DNA of 64,000 nt. Source: Dehalococcoidia bacterium (lineage in GTDB: Bacteria > Chloroflexota > Dehalococcoidia > Lucifugimonadales > GCA-2712585). The notes beneath the pieces are model-generated. The model was not told the DNA's origin and ran no database searches. It saw nothing but the letters and a program-made list of their open reading frames with translations. Of this stretch, positions 39,800 through 47,919 are shown piece by piece (the stretch's first letter is position 1; the number at the start of each line of letters is the position of its first letter). Made by a program: the position numbers and the translations under genes. Location: NCBI GenBank assembly GCA_965208725.1, contig CBDBPI010000002.1, positions 1,706,878-1,770,877 of the forward strand, read 5' to 3'.

Positions 39800-40986
39800 C
39801 TGAGTCCGGCCCACACTGCATTGTATGCTGCCTGAGCAAGGCTAGAATAAATTGGTATATCTGTGCCGATTAACATTGTAAAATCGGTGCTCTCGGGTCG
39901 TTCAGTAAGCCCAACGACAGGAATATTCTTAGCCTTAGCGTACCCGACTTCAAATAGTGTCCCCGGGTCCTCCCCATCTAAAAGGGCCAGAACTGCGCTG
40001 CATTCTTCCAAGCCTCGCAAGTCCGCTGGTGCCACCTTACTTGGTTCACCTTTTCCTACATCGTGAAGTGGTGAGAACACTTCCACTCCTAGATCTTTAA
40101 GGCAATCACGCACTTGGTCAACGAGCCATCTCTCACCGTAGCTAAAGAAGGGTCCAGCCAAATAGATCTTCACGTCTCTCCCCCACGCACATTCCACATC
40201 CGATTTCGGCAAGACTACATCGCCACGCTTTGTGACGACCTGTAAGGGCCCTCTCGAACACCAAGTTGCTGTACCTTTGGAAGCCTGCTGTGCTGAATAC
40301 AGTGGATCCTCTCCTCTTTCAGCCCAATACCATGCAAAAAGCGCACTGTAGACGTCACCCGAACCAATTGGCCACACTTCCACTGTTGGGTAAGGCTCGA
40401 TGAAGGAGGTTCCAGAATCATCAACGAGGAAGGCGCCAAGCGGTCCGCACTTTGCAATTACTATTTCAGCAGAGTACTTGCTCCTAACTTGTTCAGCAGC
40501 TTCGGCCACGGGCCGAGATGGAGATTCACAAAGCCCCAGAATCTCTCTATGGTTTCCAACAATGGCTAGTCTTTCAGCACTCCACTCAAAATGCCCCTCC
40601 AAATCTTCAAGCCCTGGGCTTTGAGGGTCAATCACAAGACTCACCGCCTTTACAACGGGCCTTGCTTCAACCATTCCGAAAGTCAATATCGAATCGGCCT
40701 CAACATTCAAGCATACTTTCTGGTTGTCGGATCCACTGTAATCGTGCATCGGCCTACTAACTGGGGTATCGTACATAAAGCAAATAGGCTGAGGTCTTTC
40801 TATGCATTCTAATGCTATACCCTTAGCTCTGACTATTGCAGCAGCTTCCTCATTCACTGCAGAGTGTAGTTTTGGAGGCGAGTGTACGTTGGAGAGTGCG
40901 TATGCTGCTCGTGCTCCCGATCCGAAGAGGTCACTGTATGAGGGATCACGACAGATCTCATGATACACTCCACCAACTACAATCAC
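39796..40986 (-). CDS. Fusion protein: PfkB-like (ribokinase-fold) kinase domain + nucleoside 2-deoxyribosyltransferase-like domain
   Basis: 396 aa. The N-terminal ~260 aa read 'MIVVGGVYHEI...GSGARAAYALS...VIAKCGPLGAFLV...WPIGSGDVYSALFAWYWAE' (PfkB GxGD anion-hole motif). The C-terminal ~125 aa read 'VKIYLAGPFFSYGERW...SPLHD...LDGEDPGTLFEVGYAKAKNIPVVG' (NDT-type Rossmann-like fold with the conserved Glu). GTG start in a GTGA overlap with the upstream gene. Confidence 0.7.
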   Translation of the reverse strand: MIVVGGVYHEICRDPSYSDLFGSGARAAYALSNVHSPPKLHSAVNEEAAAIVRAKGIALECIERPQPICFMYDTPVSRPMHDYSGSDNQKVCLNVEADSILTFGMVEARPVVKAVSLVIDPQSPGLEDLEGHFEWSAERLAIVGNHREILGLCESPSRPVAEAAEQVRSKYSAEIVIAKCGPLGAFLVDDSGTSFIEPYPTVEVWPIGSGDVYSALFAWYWAERGEDPLYSAQQASKGTATWCSRGPLQVVTKRGDVVLPKSDVECAWGRDVKIYLAGPFFSYGERWLVDQVRDCLKDLGVEVFSPLHDVGKGEPSKVAPADLRGLEECSAVLALLDGEDPGTLFEVGYAKAKNIPVVGLTERPESTDFTMLIGTDIPIYSSLAQAAYNAVWAGLR

Positions 40987-41324
40987 GCTGGTTTGACCTC
41001 AACCCGTACTATGCCGTCGTCAATTTCGCAAACCTCCGCACAATATTCTGTCCCCATTTGAAGACAATAAATCAAATCGTCTATTCGTTCCACAATAGCC
41101 CCAACTTGCTCATCGTCCAGTTGAACGACAACGCGTTGTACTGGCTCTCTTTCAAGACATACCTCCAACTGCAGTCCTATGCTGAGACGTTTCACCATTG
41201 CCTCAACGGGCGACGCAAGATTAGTCTGGAATTGAAGTTCATCACAGTTAGTGGTTTGGCTACCAATAGCAAACGGGCCACCAGTCCCGATCCATCTAGA
41301 CGGACCACCACCAGAACCAGACAT
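40983..41324 (-). CDS. Hypothetical 113-aa protein, first gene of the QueC-like operon
   Basis: ATG at 41324, 4 nt after GGGAGG. Gly-rich N-terminus 'MSGSGGGPSRWIGTGGP'. The beta-rich C-terminal part, 'LEVCLEREPVQRVVVQLDDEQVGAIVERIDDLIYCLQMGTEYCAEVCEIDDGIVRVEV', loosely resembles a HIRAN-like small barrel. No confident family assignment. Confidence 0.5.
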   Translation of the reverse strand: MSGSGGGPSRWIGTGGPFAIGSQTTNCDELQFQTNLASPVEAMVKRLSIGLQLEVCLEREPVQRVVVQLDDEQVGAIVERIDDLIYCLQMGTEYCAEVCEIDDGIVRVEVKPA

Positions 41325-41472
41325 TCTACCTCCCAGTTATTGTGTGTCAGTTAAGCCAATCAATGCGATCTGCAAATATCTTATCATACTTCCAAAATAG
41401 GCGGCTCCTCCCCCTCCCCCACTCCCAGAATTTCCTCTATAATCCCCACATCTTAAACCGCAGGAGCCTCCC

Positions 41473-43110
41473 ATGCCCCTCATGACCGGCGGCAAAGCCG
41501 TCGTCGAGTGCCTCAAAGCCCACGACGTCGACACCATCTTCGGCATCATCTCCACCCACACCATGCACATCTACGACGCCCTCTATCATGAGCAGGGCAA
41601 CATCCGCTTCATCGGCGGCCGACACGAACACGCCCTCGGCTTCATGGCCGACGGCTACTCCCGCGTCACCGGCAAGCCCGGCATCATGTTCACCAGCGGC
41701 GGCCCCGGCGCCGCCGACAGCATGGGCTCCATGGGCGAGGCCTACCACGCCTCCTCCAAGCTCCTCCAGGTCACCGCCAACGCCGAACAGGACCTCATCG
41801 ACTCCGGCAAGGGCGCCATCCATGAAGCCAAGGACCAGCTCGGCATGTTCCGCTCCGTCACCGGCTGGAACGCCCTCATCGACAACCTCGAAGCCATGCC
41901 CGACTACTTCCTCGAAGCCTTCCAGCGCTTCGAATCCGGCAGACCCCGACCCATCGAGCTAGAAGTCCCCACAGACCTCTTCGACAAACAGGCCGATATT
42001 GAAGTCATCCCGCCCCGCGACGCGGCCACCCCTGCCCCCGACCCCGTCGCCATCGAAAATGCCGTCATCGCCCTCAAAAACGCCCGGCGACCCATCATCT
42101 GGGTCGGACGCGGCGTCATGCTCGCCGACGCCACCGACGAACTCCGTCAGCTTGCCGAAAACCTCGGTGCTCCCGTCACCTGCGCCACCACCGGCAAGGG
42201 CGCTTTCCCCGACGACCACCCCCTCGGCCTCGGCGTCGGCGAATTCGGCGGCATCCGCGGCGACAGCCCCCTAGGCGACTTCCTCGACAACGCCGACCTG
42301 CTCCTAATCATCGGCTCCACCATGGCCTACCACCGCACCATACAGCAGGGACTCACCCTCCCCAAAAACATCGTCCAGATAGACGCCGACCCCGCCGAAA
42401 TCGGCAAGAACTACCCCGCTTCCATTGGCATCGTCGGAGACGCCAAGGTCGCCCTCCAGCAGATAATCACCCAGCTGGAGTCCAAGCCCAAAGCCACCCA
42501 GGCCGGCTACTCCAGGGAAATCGCCGACCTAAAGAAAGGCATCCACCAGAGCCTTGTCGACCAATACCCCAACGAAACGAGGACCCTTGAAGGCATCCGC
42601 AGCGTCCTGGACCGCGACGCCATCGTTGTCGGCGACGCCACCGTCCCCAACTACCGCGCCTCCCGCTGCATGCCCTTCTACGAACCCAACACCTACATCG
42701 GCCCCAACTCATGGGCCGGACTCGGCTTCGGCTTCCCCGCCGGACTCGGCGCGAAAGTCGGCCAGCCCGACAAACAGGTCGTCGTCATCACAGGCGACGG
42801 CGGCTTCCAGTACAACATCCAGGAACTCGGCACCGCCCTCCAGTACGGCATCAGCCCCGTCGTCCTCGTCTTCAACGACAACGCCTGGGGCGTCCTCAAG
42901 GGCGTTCAGAAGGAAACTTTCGAAGGACGCTACATCGGCACAGAACTCCGCAACCCCGACTTCATCAAGCTCGCTGAAGCCTACGGAGCCCCCGCTACCC
43001 GCGTCCACAACCTCGACGAACTCACCACCACCCTCGCTGACGCCCTCACCGGCAACACCCTTCACCTCATCGAAGTCGCCACCCCCCACGGCTTCCCCGC
43101 CTTCCGCTAA
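41473..43110 (+). CDS. Thiamine-pyrophosphate enzyme (acetolactate synthase large-subunit-like)
   Basis: 545 aa. N-terminal Pyr domain 'GGKAVVECLKAHDVDTIFGIISTHTMHIYDAL', with 'GPGAADSMGSMGEAY'. TPP-binding motif 'GDGGFQYNIQELGTALQYGISPVVLVFNDNAWG'. High GC, unlike both flanks. Confidence 0.85.
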   Translation: MPLMTGGKAVVECLKAHDVDTIFGIISTHTMHIYDALYHEQGNIRFIGGRHEHALGFMADGYSRVTGKPGIMFTSGGPGAADSMGSMGEAYHASSKLLQVTANAEQDLIDSGKGAIHEAKDQLGMFRSVTGWNALIDNLEAMPDYFLEAFQRFESGRPRPIELEVPTDLFDKQADIEVIPPRDAATPAPDPVAIENAVIALKNARRPIIWVGRGVMLADATDELRQLAENLGAPVTCATTGKGAFPDDHPLGLGVGEFGGIRGDSPLGDFLDNADLLLIIGSTMAYHRTIQQGLTLPKNIVQIDADPAEIGKNYPASIGIVGDAKVALQQIITQLESKPKATQAGYSREIADLKKGIHQSLVDQYPNETRTLEGIRSVLDRDAIVVGDATVPNYRASRCMPFYEPNTYIGPNSWAGLGFGFPAGLGAKVGQPDKQVVVITGDGGFQYNIQELGTALQYGISPVVLVFNDNAWGVLKGVQKETFEGRYIGTELRNPDFIKLAEAYGAPATRVHNLDELTTTLADALTGNTLHLIEVATPHGFPAFR

Positions 43111-43116
43111 CCCCCT

Positions 43117-43854
43117 CTACGTAGGGAACATGTCGTACAGCATTGGGAACGTGCGCCTAAAGTAGGCGTTCACAAAGCTGGAGAATGGCCTATCCGGTGA
43201 AATAAATTCGAGGGCTACACCAATCATTTCACTGTCGGCTCGATTCTTAAGTCTATTCTTCAGCATGGCCAGATGCCTAAGCCGACGATTGCGAACGTTT
43301 CGTGGATCATTCTCACCAAAATAACTGTCGTTCAGGTCTAGATCTCTAATCATTCTGAACGATGTTGACCACTCTTCACTATTAACCCGCCTTGCAGGTT
43401 GAATTTCACCCGTATCCACATCGAAGTCAAAATAATCATGAGCTGAACGTTGCCCCTGCTGAAAATTTGGATCCACGTATCGATCTACCGGAATATACCG
43501 AGCATATCCCACGTTTAACACCTGATTAACTTGATCAGCAGATTCAGGCCACTGGCCACCCTTTGCATCGTTGCATTGTTTGCAGCAGTAGACTAAGTTT
43601 TGCCAGTCGAAAGAGAGTGCAGGGAATTTCCTGCGAGGCCGAAAGTGATCGATCGTCTCTTCATCGCGAGAGTTTCCACTTCTTGTAGGAGGCTCGCACG
43701 ATTTTTCGCAATACCCACAAATCCCCTTGAAGTCATCAGAGAGTCCGCGGCGCATGCGGGCACGGTCGCGGAAGTCCAAGTCACTCCACTCTTTTCCATC
43801 ACGTCGCAGTTGGGCCAAGTGCATTGGCTCATTCGAGCGTTGTACCGAATGCAA
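43117..43854 (-). CDS. ptuB: HNH endonuclease, Septu PtuB-like
   Basis: 245 aa. 'CGYCEKSC...ETIDHFRPRRKFP...NLVYCCKQCNDAKG' is the HNH core. It begins 2 nt after the stop of the ATPase gene (TTG at 43854; an alternative ATG lies at 43824). Low GC. Confidence 0.65.
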   Translation of the reverse strand: MHSVQRSNEPMHLAQLRRDGKEWSDLDFRDRARMRRGLSDDFKGICGYCEKSCEPPTRSGNSRDEETIDHFRPRRKFPALSFDWQNLVYCCKQCNDAKGGQWPESADQVNQVLNVGYARYIPVDRYVDPNFQQGQRSAHDYFDFDVDTGEIQPARRVNSEEWSTSFRMIRDLDLNDSYFGENDPRNVRNRRLRHLAMLKNRLKNRADSEMIGVALEFISPDRPFSSFVNAYFRRTFPMLYDMFPT

Positions 43855-43856
43855 AC

Positions 43857-45169
43857 CTAGCCGCTATCCTGGTCGAGGCTCTGTCTTTCCTGGTACCTCT
43901 GCAAGGCTTCAGCAAACTGATGCTCGAACTCCTCTTGCTGTGCCTCCTCCGGTCCACCCGCAAGCAACTCCCGATTCACTCGTTGCCGAAGTCCCTGCAT
44001 CCGCCGTTGACGCTTCTCCTCCTCACGCCCATCGTCCAGCGGCTCCTGGTCACGTAGTCGTCGCAACTCCTTAGCCGCCTTTGCAGTCTCATTATCCGTG
44101 GGGTCTGTAACTCCCATCATCGTCCTCAGAATCTCATCCATTGTCCACCCAACAATATCCTCACTACTGGTTGTGGCCGTAACTCTACCCTCGTCCCTAC
44201 TCATCAGATGCACCTGCCCAGCCCTAAGCCCGGCCACAACGAATGGCGAGTGGGTTGTCGCAAAAATCTGCAGGTTGGGAAAATACTCCGGCGCCTGGAG
44301 TGTCGATAAAACCCGCCGTTGCCACTTTGGATGAAGATGATTCTCTATCTCATCAATCAGCAATATCGCAGGTTTCTTTTCCCAACCCTCTTTCCAACCG
44401 TAATGATTAGCCATCTTTAACGCGAGCGCGTAAATCCATAGAAGCGTCCCCTGTGTTCCTGAACTTAGCGCACCCATATAGACGGACTCTCCACCCTCTT
44501 CGTCGCTGGTCTCAAAGCCCATGTTTGCATGTGGAATCCTGCCAGGCTCAAGATACGTATGCGGACCTACACCGAGAATGACCTCTGTACATATTCTCCT
44601 GACAACAGCATGTACTAAGGCCAAAACCCTATCGATCTCGAACTGCACAGATGGCCTTTCTGCCATCAATTTCCTGTATGCGTCAACGGCTACAACTACA
44701 TCTGTGCCATTGAATATCCCCGGATCGGTTTCGAAGATAAAGTCAAGTGGAAATTTCCTAGCCTCTATAGACCTCTTCCACAGTGGCATTGCAAGCCCAA
44801 TTTCAGGGTTAATCGGCAAGTTTATTCTGGTAGCAGGAATGCTGAGAATCGGAACCCTGCTCATAGTCGTCTCGCTGCAAGCTTTGTGGACGTCACCAAG
44901 CCCGATCTCGCAATTGGAGCAGTCATCGCTCAGAGTTATCAGACATTCCGGCTCCTTATCATCGCCAAAGTCCTCAAACTTCATCTCCTCTAGTATCGGA
45001 TGCAAAGGGTTTTTCTCATTCCGGGAATAGGCATATTCCATAGCTCTCAGGATCGTCTCTTCCCCGAAGCGTTAGGACCAATCAACAAGTTGACCCGCTT
45101 GTCGCAATCCAGAGAGATTTCTGTGGAAATTGGAGGAATGTCTCTAATCAGAATTTTCTCAATATACAT
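43857..45169 (-). pseudogene. ptuA: ABC/AAA_15-type ATPase, Septu PtuA-like, frameshifted immediately after the Walker A lysine
   Basis: The ATG at 45169 opens 'MYIEKILIRDIPPISTEISLDCDKRVNLLIGPNASGK-RRS*'. The 394-aa track ORF (43857..45041) continues in another frame as '(T)ILRAMEYAYSRNE...'. One nucleotide appears to be missing at about 45056-45057; the expected reading is GPNASGK-S-TILRAMEY. Downstream, 'ILLIDEIENHLHP' is the Walker B/D-loop and 'IFATTHSPFV' the H-loop. Confidence 0.65.
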
Positions 45170-45207
45170 AGTGTTTCCTGTAAACCTACAATCTGGTACG
45201 CTCCCCC

Positions 45208-46245
45208 CTAAAGCGGCAACCCCACCGCCCGACCACCCTGTGCGCTCCGCGTCACCGCCTCCGTGAACTCCATGTACCGCACCCCGTCCTCGAACGACGT
45301 GTGCGTCACCTTCTCCACTCCCAGAATCGCGTTCACAAACTCCTCCTCCACCCGCCAGCCTCCCTCCTTCTCCGCCTCAATCACAATCTCCCTCAGCCCC
45401 TCGTCGGTGCGACGTCCCCCGGACAGCTTCCCCTCACCCATGTCCAGATGCAGCGTCCCCTCGCTGCCGAACAGCCACACCTGCGAAGCCGGCGCATGCC
45501 CCGTCACCGCGCTGAAACGCAGCCGCGCCTGCGCCCCGCACGCCATCCGGCACAACACCTCCACGTGGTCCGGTATCGTCACTCCCCGCAGCCATCCATT
45601 GTCGTCCCGACGCTGCCGCACGTTCACCGTCGACATCGCCAACACCGACGTCGCCGGCCCAATCCACCGCATCAACGTCTCATACCATATCCCCATGTTC
45701 ATAATGTTGAACCCGCTCAGGTCCCTGTCCTGACGCCAGTGCAGCGGGCTGTCCCAGTCGATGAACTCGGATCCATGCCCCTGAAGGTCCACCGCCAGAA
45801 TCTCTCCCAGGTACCCACCCGCCATCAGGTCCAGAATCGTCCTGTCGAACTTCAACGTCATCGGCGCAGGCACAATCTGCGCCACCAGCGATGGACTCGC
45901 CACCGACGCCGACAGCATCTCCCGCGCTTCCTCGACATTCATCGCCATCCGCGCCTCCGTCAGCACGTGCTTCCCCTCGTCCAGTGCCGCCAGCGTCACC
46001 GGGCAGTGCATGTACGGCCACGTCCCGATGCAAATCGCGTCCGTGTCGTCCGCCTCCACCAACTCCTCCCAATCTTCGTAGACCGTCGGAATCCCGAACT
46101 CCTCCGCCACCCGCTCGCTCGACTCCCGGCTCCGATTGACCACGCTCACAACTTCCACGTTGGGCAGCGCCTGAAAATTCGGTATGTGATGACGACGCGT
46201 GTTCGCCCCCGCGCCTACAATCCCGATTCTTATCGGTTCATCCAT
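45208..46245 (-). CDS. Gfo/Idh/MocA-family NAD(P)-dependent oxidoreductase
   Basis: 345 aa. 'IRIGIVGAGANTRRHHIPNFQALPNVEVVSVVNRS' is the Rossmann N-terminus, followed by 'EKPMA-like LTEARMAMNVEEA'. Confidence 0.8.
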   Translation of the reverse strand: MDEPIRIGIVGAGANTRRHHIPNFQALPNVEVVSVVNRSRESSERVAEEFGIPTVYEDWEELVEADDTDAICIGTWPYMHCPVTLAALDEGKHVLTEARMAMNVEEAREMLSASVASPSLVAQIVPAPMTLKFDRTILDLMAGGYLGEILAVDLQGHGSEFIDWDSPLHWRQDRDLSGFNIMNMGIWYETLMRWIGPATSVLAMSTVNVRQRRDDNGWLRGVTIPDHVEVLCRMACGAQARLRFSAVTGHAPASQVWLFGSEGTLHLDMGEGKLSGGRRTDEGLREIVIEAEKEGGWRVEEEFVNAILGVEKVTHTSFEDGVRYMEFTEAVTRSAQGGRAVGLPL

Positions 46246-47639
46246 CAGTAGCCAAGCTCCTTCTCAATGTAGCTGATTCCATCGGCGACGATGTCCGCAA
46301 TCTCGTCAACCTCCGCCGCCGAAAGCGTCAACGCGGGTGTCAGGTTCAGATAAGGCACCGTCCTGGTCAGCAGCCCGTTCTCCGCCAGCCGCGCCGACAG
46401 CTTGTCCCCGGCCCCCGGCACCGAAGCAAGCGACTCCTTCGTCGCCTTGTCCTTCACCAGCTCGATTGCGCACATCAGCCCCAACCCCCGCACGTCCCCC
46501 ACAATCGGCGACTCCTTCAACGCCGTCAGCCGGTCCAGCAGTCGACGCCCCATCACCGCCGAATTCTCCACCAGTCCTTCCCGCTCGATAATCTCGATGT
46601 TCGCCAAAGCCGCCGCCGCGCCCGCCGGGTGCCCGCTGTAGGTGTACCCGTGCTTGAACGTCACATCTTCTCCCCCAACGAAAGCGTCCGCCACCTGGTC
46701 CCTCACGATGCACGCCCCCACCGCCTGGTATCCGCTCGTGATCCCCTTCGCCAGCGTGATGATGTCCGGCTGCACCCCGAAGTGCTCGATGGCAAACATC
46801 TTCCCCGTCCGCCCGAACCCGTTTATAACCTCGTCCGCAATCAGCAGCACCCCGTGACGGTCACAGATATCCCGAAGCATCGGCCAGTACTCCGACCCGG
46901 GAATCGCCACCCCAGCCGAAACCGAAACCGGCTCCGCAATGACCGCTGCCACCGTCTCCGGCCCCTCCTCCAGAATTATCTTCTCCACCGCCTCGGCGCA
47001 CCTGACGGCGTTCTCCGACGCCGTCTCTCCATCCACCTCGCTCCGGTACGGCGATGGCTGCGGCGCAACCCTCACAATCGGCAGCATCGGCTGGAAGATA
47101 TCCCGGTTCACCCACGGCGCCTGGTTTACCGCCAGCGCCCCCAGGCTCACCCCGTGGTACGACCCTTCCCGCGAAATAAACTTGATCCGTTCCTTGTCCC
47201 CGCGATTGAAGTGGTACTGACGCGCCATCTTCATCGACGTTTCAACCGAGTCCGACCCGCCGCTCGTGAAAAACACCCGGTTCAGGTCCCCCGGCGCCAG
47301 CGACGCCAGCTTCTCCGCGGCCTTGATGGCCGGAATCGTCCCGTAAGCAAAGGTGTTGGCATAGTGCAGCGTCGAAAGCTGGTCGTGAACGGCCTGCGCA
47401 ATCTCCTCCCGCCCGTACCCCACGTTCACCAGCGCCAGTCCCGCAAACCCGTCATAGTATTCCTGCCCGTCGAAGTCCGTGATCTTCGCCCCCCGACCCG
47501 ACCTCATAATCTTCAACCCGCCCTCCTTCGACACGTCATTCAACTGCTGCATCGGAAACCACAGATTCGAAAGCGCCGCCTCCCGCAGCCCGTCAAAAGT
47601 CTCCGTCTCCAACCATGCCTCCAACCCCTTATAACTCAT
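46245..47639 (-). CDS. Class III (omega) PLP-dependent aminotransferase
   Basis: Trimmed to the ATG at 47639, after GGGAGGG. 'FTSGGSDSVETSMKMAR', 'LLIADEVINGFGRTGKMFA' and 'DIITLAKGITSGY' (PLP lysine). Confidence 0.85.
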   Translation of the reverse strand: MSYKGLEAWLETETFDGLREAALSNLWFPMQQLNDVSKEGGLKIMRSGRGAKITDFDGQEYYDGFAGLALVNVGYGREEIAQAVHDQLSTLHYANTFAYGTIPAIKAAEKLASLAPGDLNRVFFTSGGSDSVETSMKMARQYHFNRGDKERIKFISREGSYHGVSLGALAVNQAPWVNRDIFQPMLPIVRVAPQPSPYRSEVDGETASENAVRCAEAVEKIILEEGPETVAAVIAEPVSVSAGVAIPGSEYWPMLRDICDRHGVLLIADEVINGFGRTGKMFAIEHFGVQPDIITLAKGITSGYQAVGACIVRDQVADAFVGGEDVTFKHGYTYSGHPAGAAAALANIEIIEREGLVENSAVMGRRLLDRLTALKESPIVGDVRGLGLMCAIELVKDKATKESLASVPGAGDKLSARLAENGLLTRTVPYLNLTPALTLSAAEVDEIADIVADGISYIEKELGY

Positions 47640-47919
47640 GCCATCCCTCCCAAATAAACTTGCATCCCTTCTCCCAAGAATACACCGACTCACCACCAAC
47701 TTGAAGGGGTGCGACAAACTTGCAATTGAAAATGTTGCTACGTCCAACTTTCAAAGTTAATATGTGACATAGCCAGCACAGCACGTATATGAACCCAAAC
47801 TCACCCCTCCCATGAATCACCCCCACCAAAATAGACGAAAACCCAACCGCTCCCCCCACCTCTTTGACATTATGGCCATCTATACCCTGTATTAGAACGC
47901 GGATCCGTAGGAAAACGAG

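Noticed and set aside
38329-41324. Interpreting the SagB-type dehydrogenase plus the small 113-aa protein as a thiazole/oxazole-modified (TOMM) RiPP cluster.
   Set aside because: No YcaO cyclodehydratase, E1-like partner, protease or exporter is present. The 113-aa protein is not Cys/Ser/Thr-rich at its C-terminus like TOMM precursors, and it is separated from the SagB-like gene by two enzymes.
41473-43110. Including the TPP enzyme as part of the candidate defence/biosynthetic system.
   Set aside because: It is on the opposite strand to both cassettes, and its GC and codon style match the core genome. It has its own SD and looks like a resident gene flanked by insertions.
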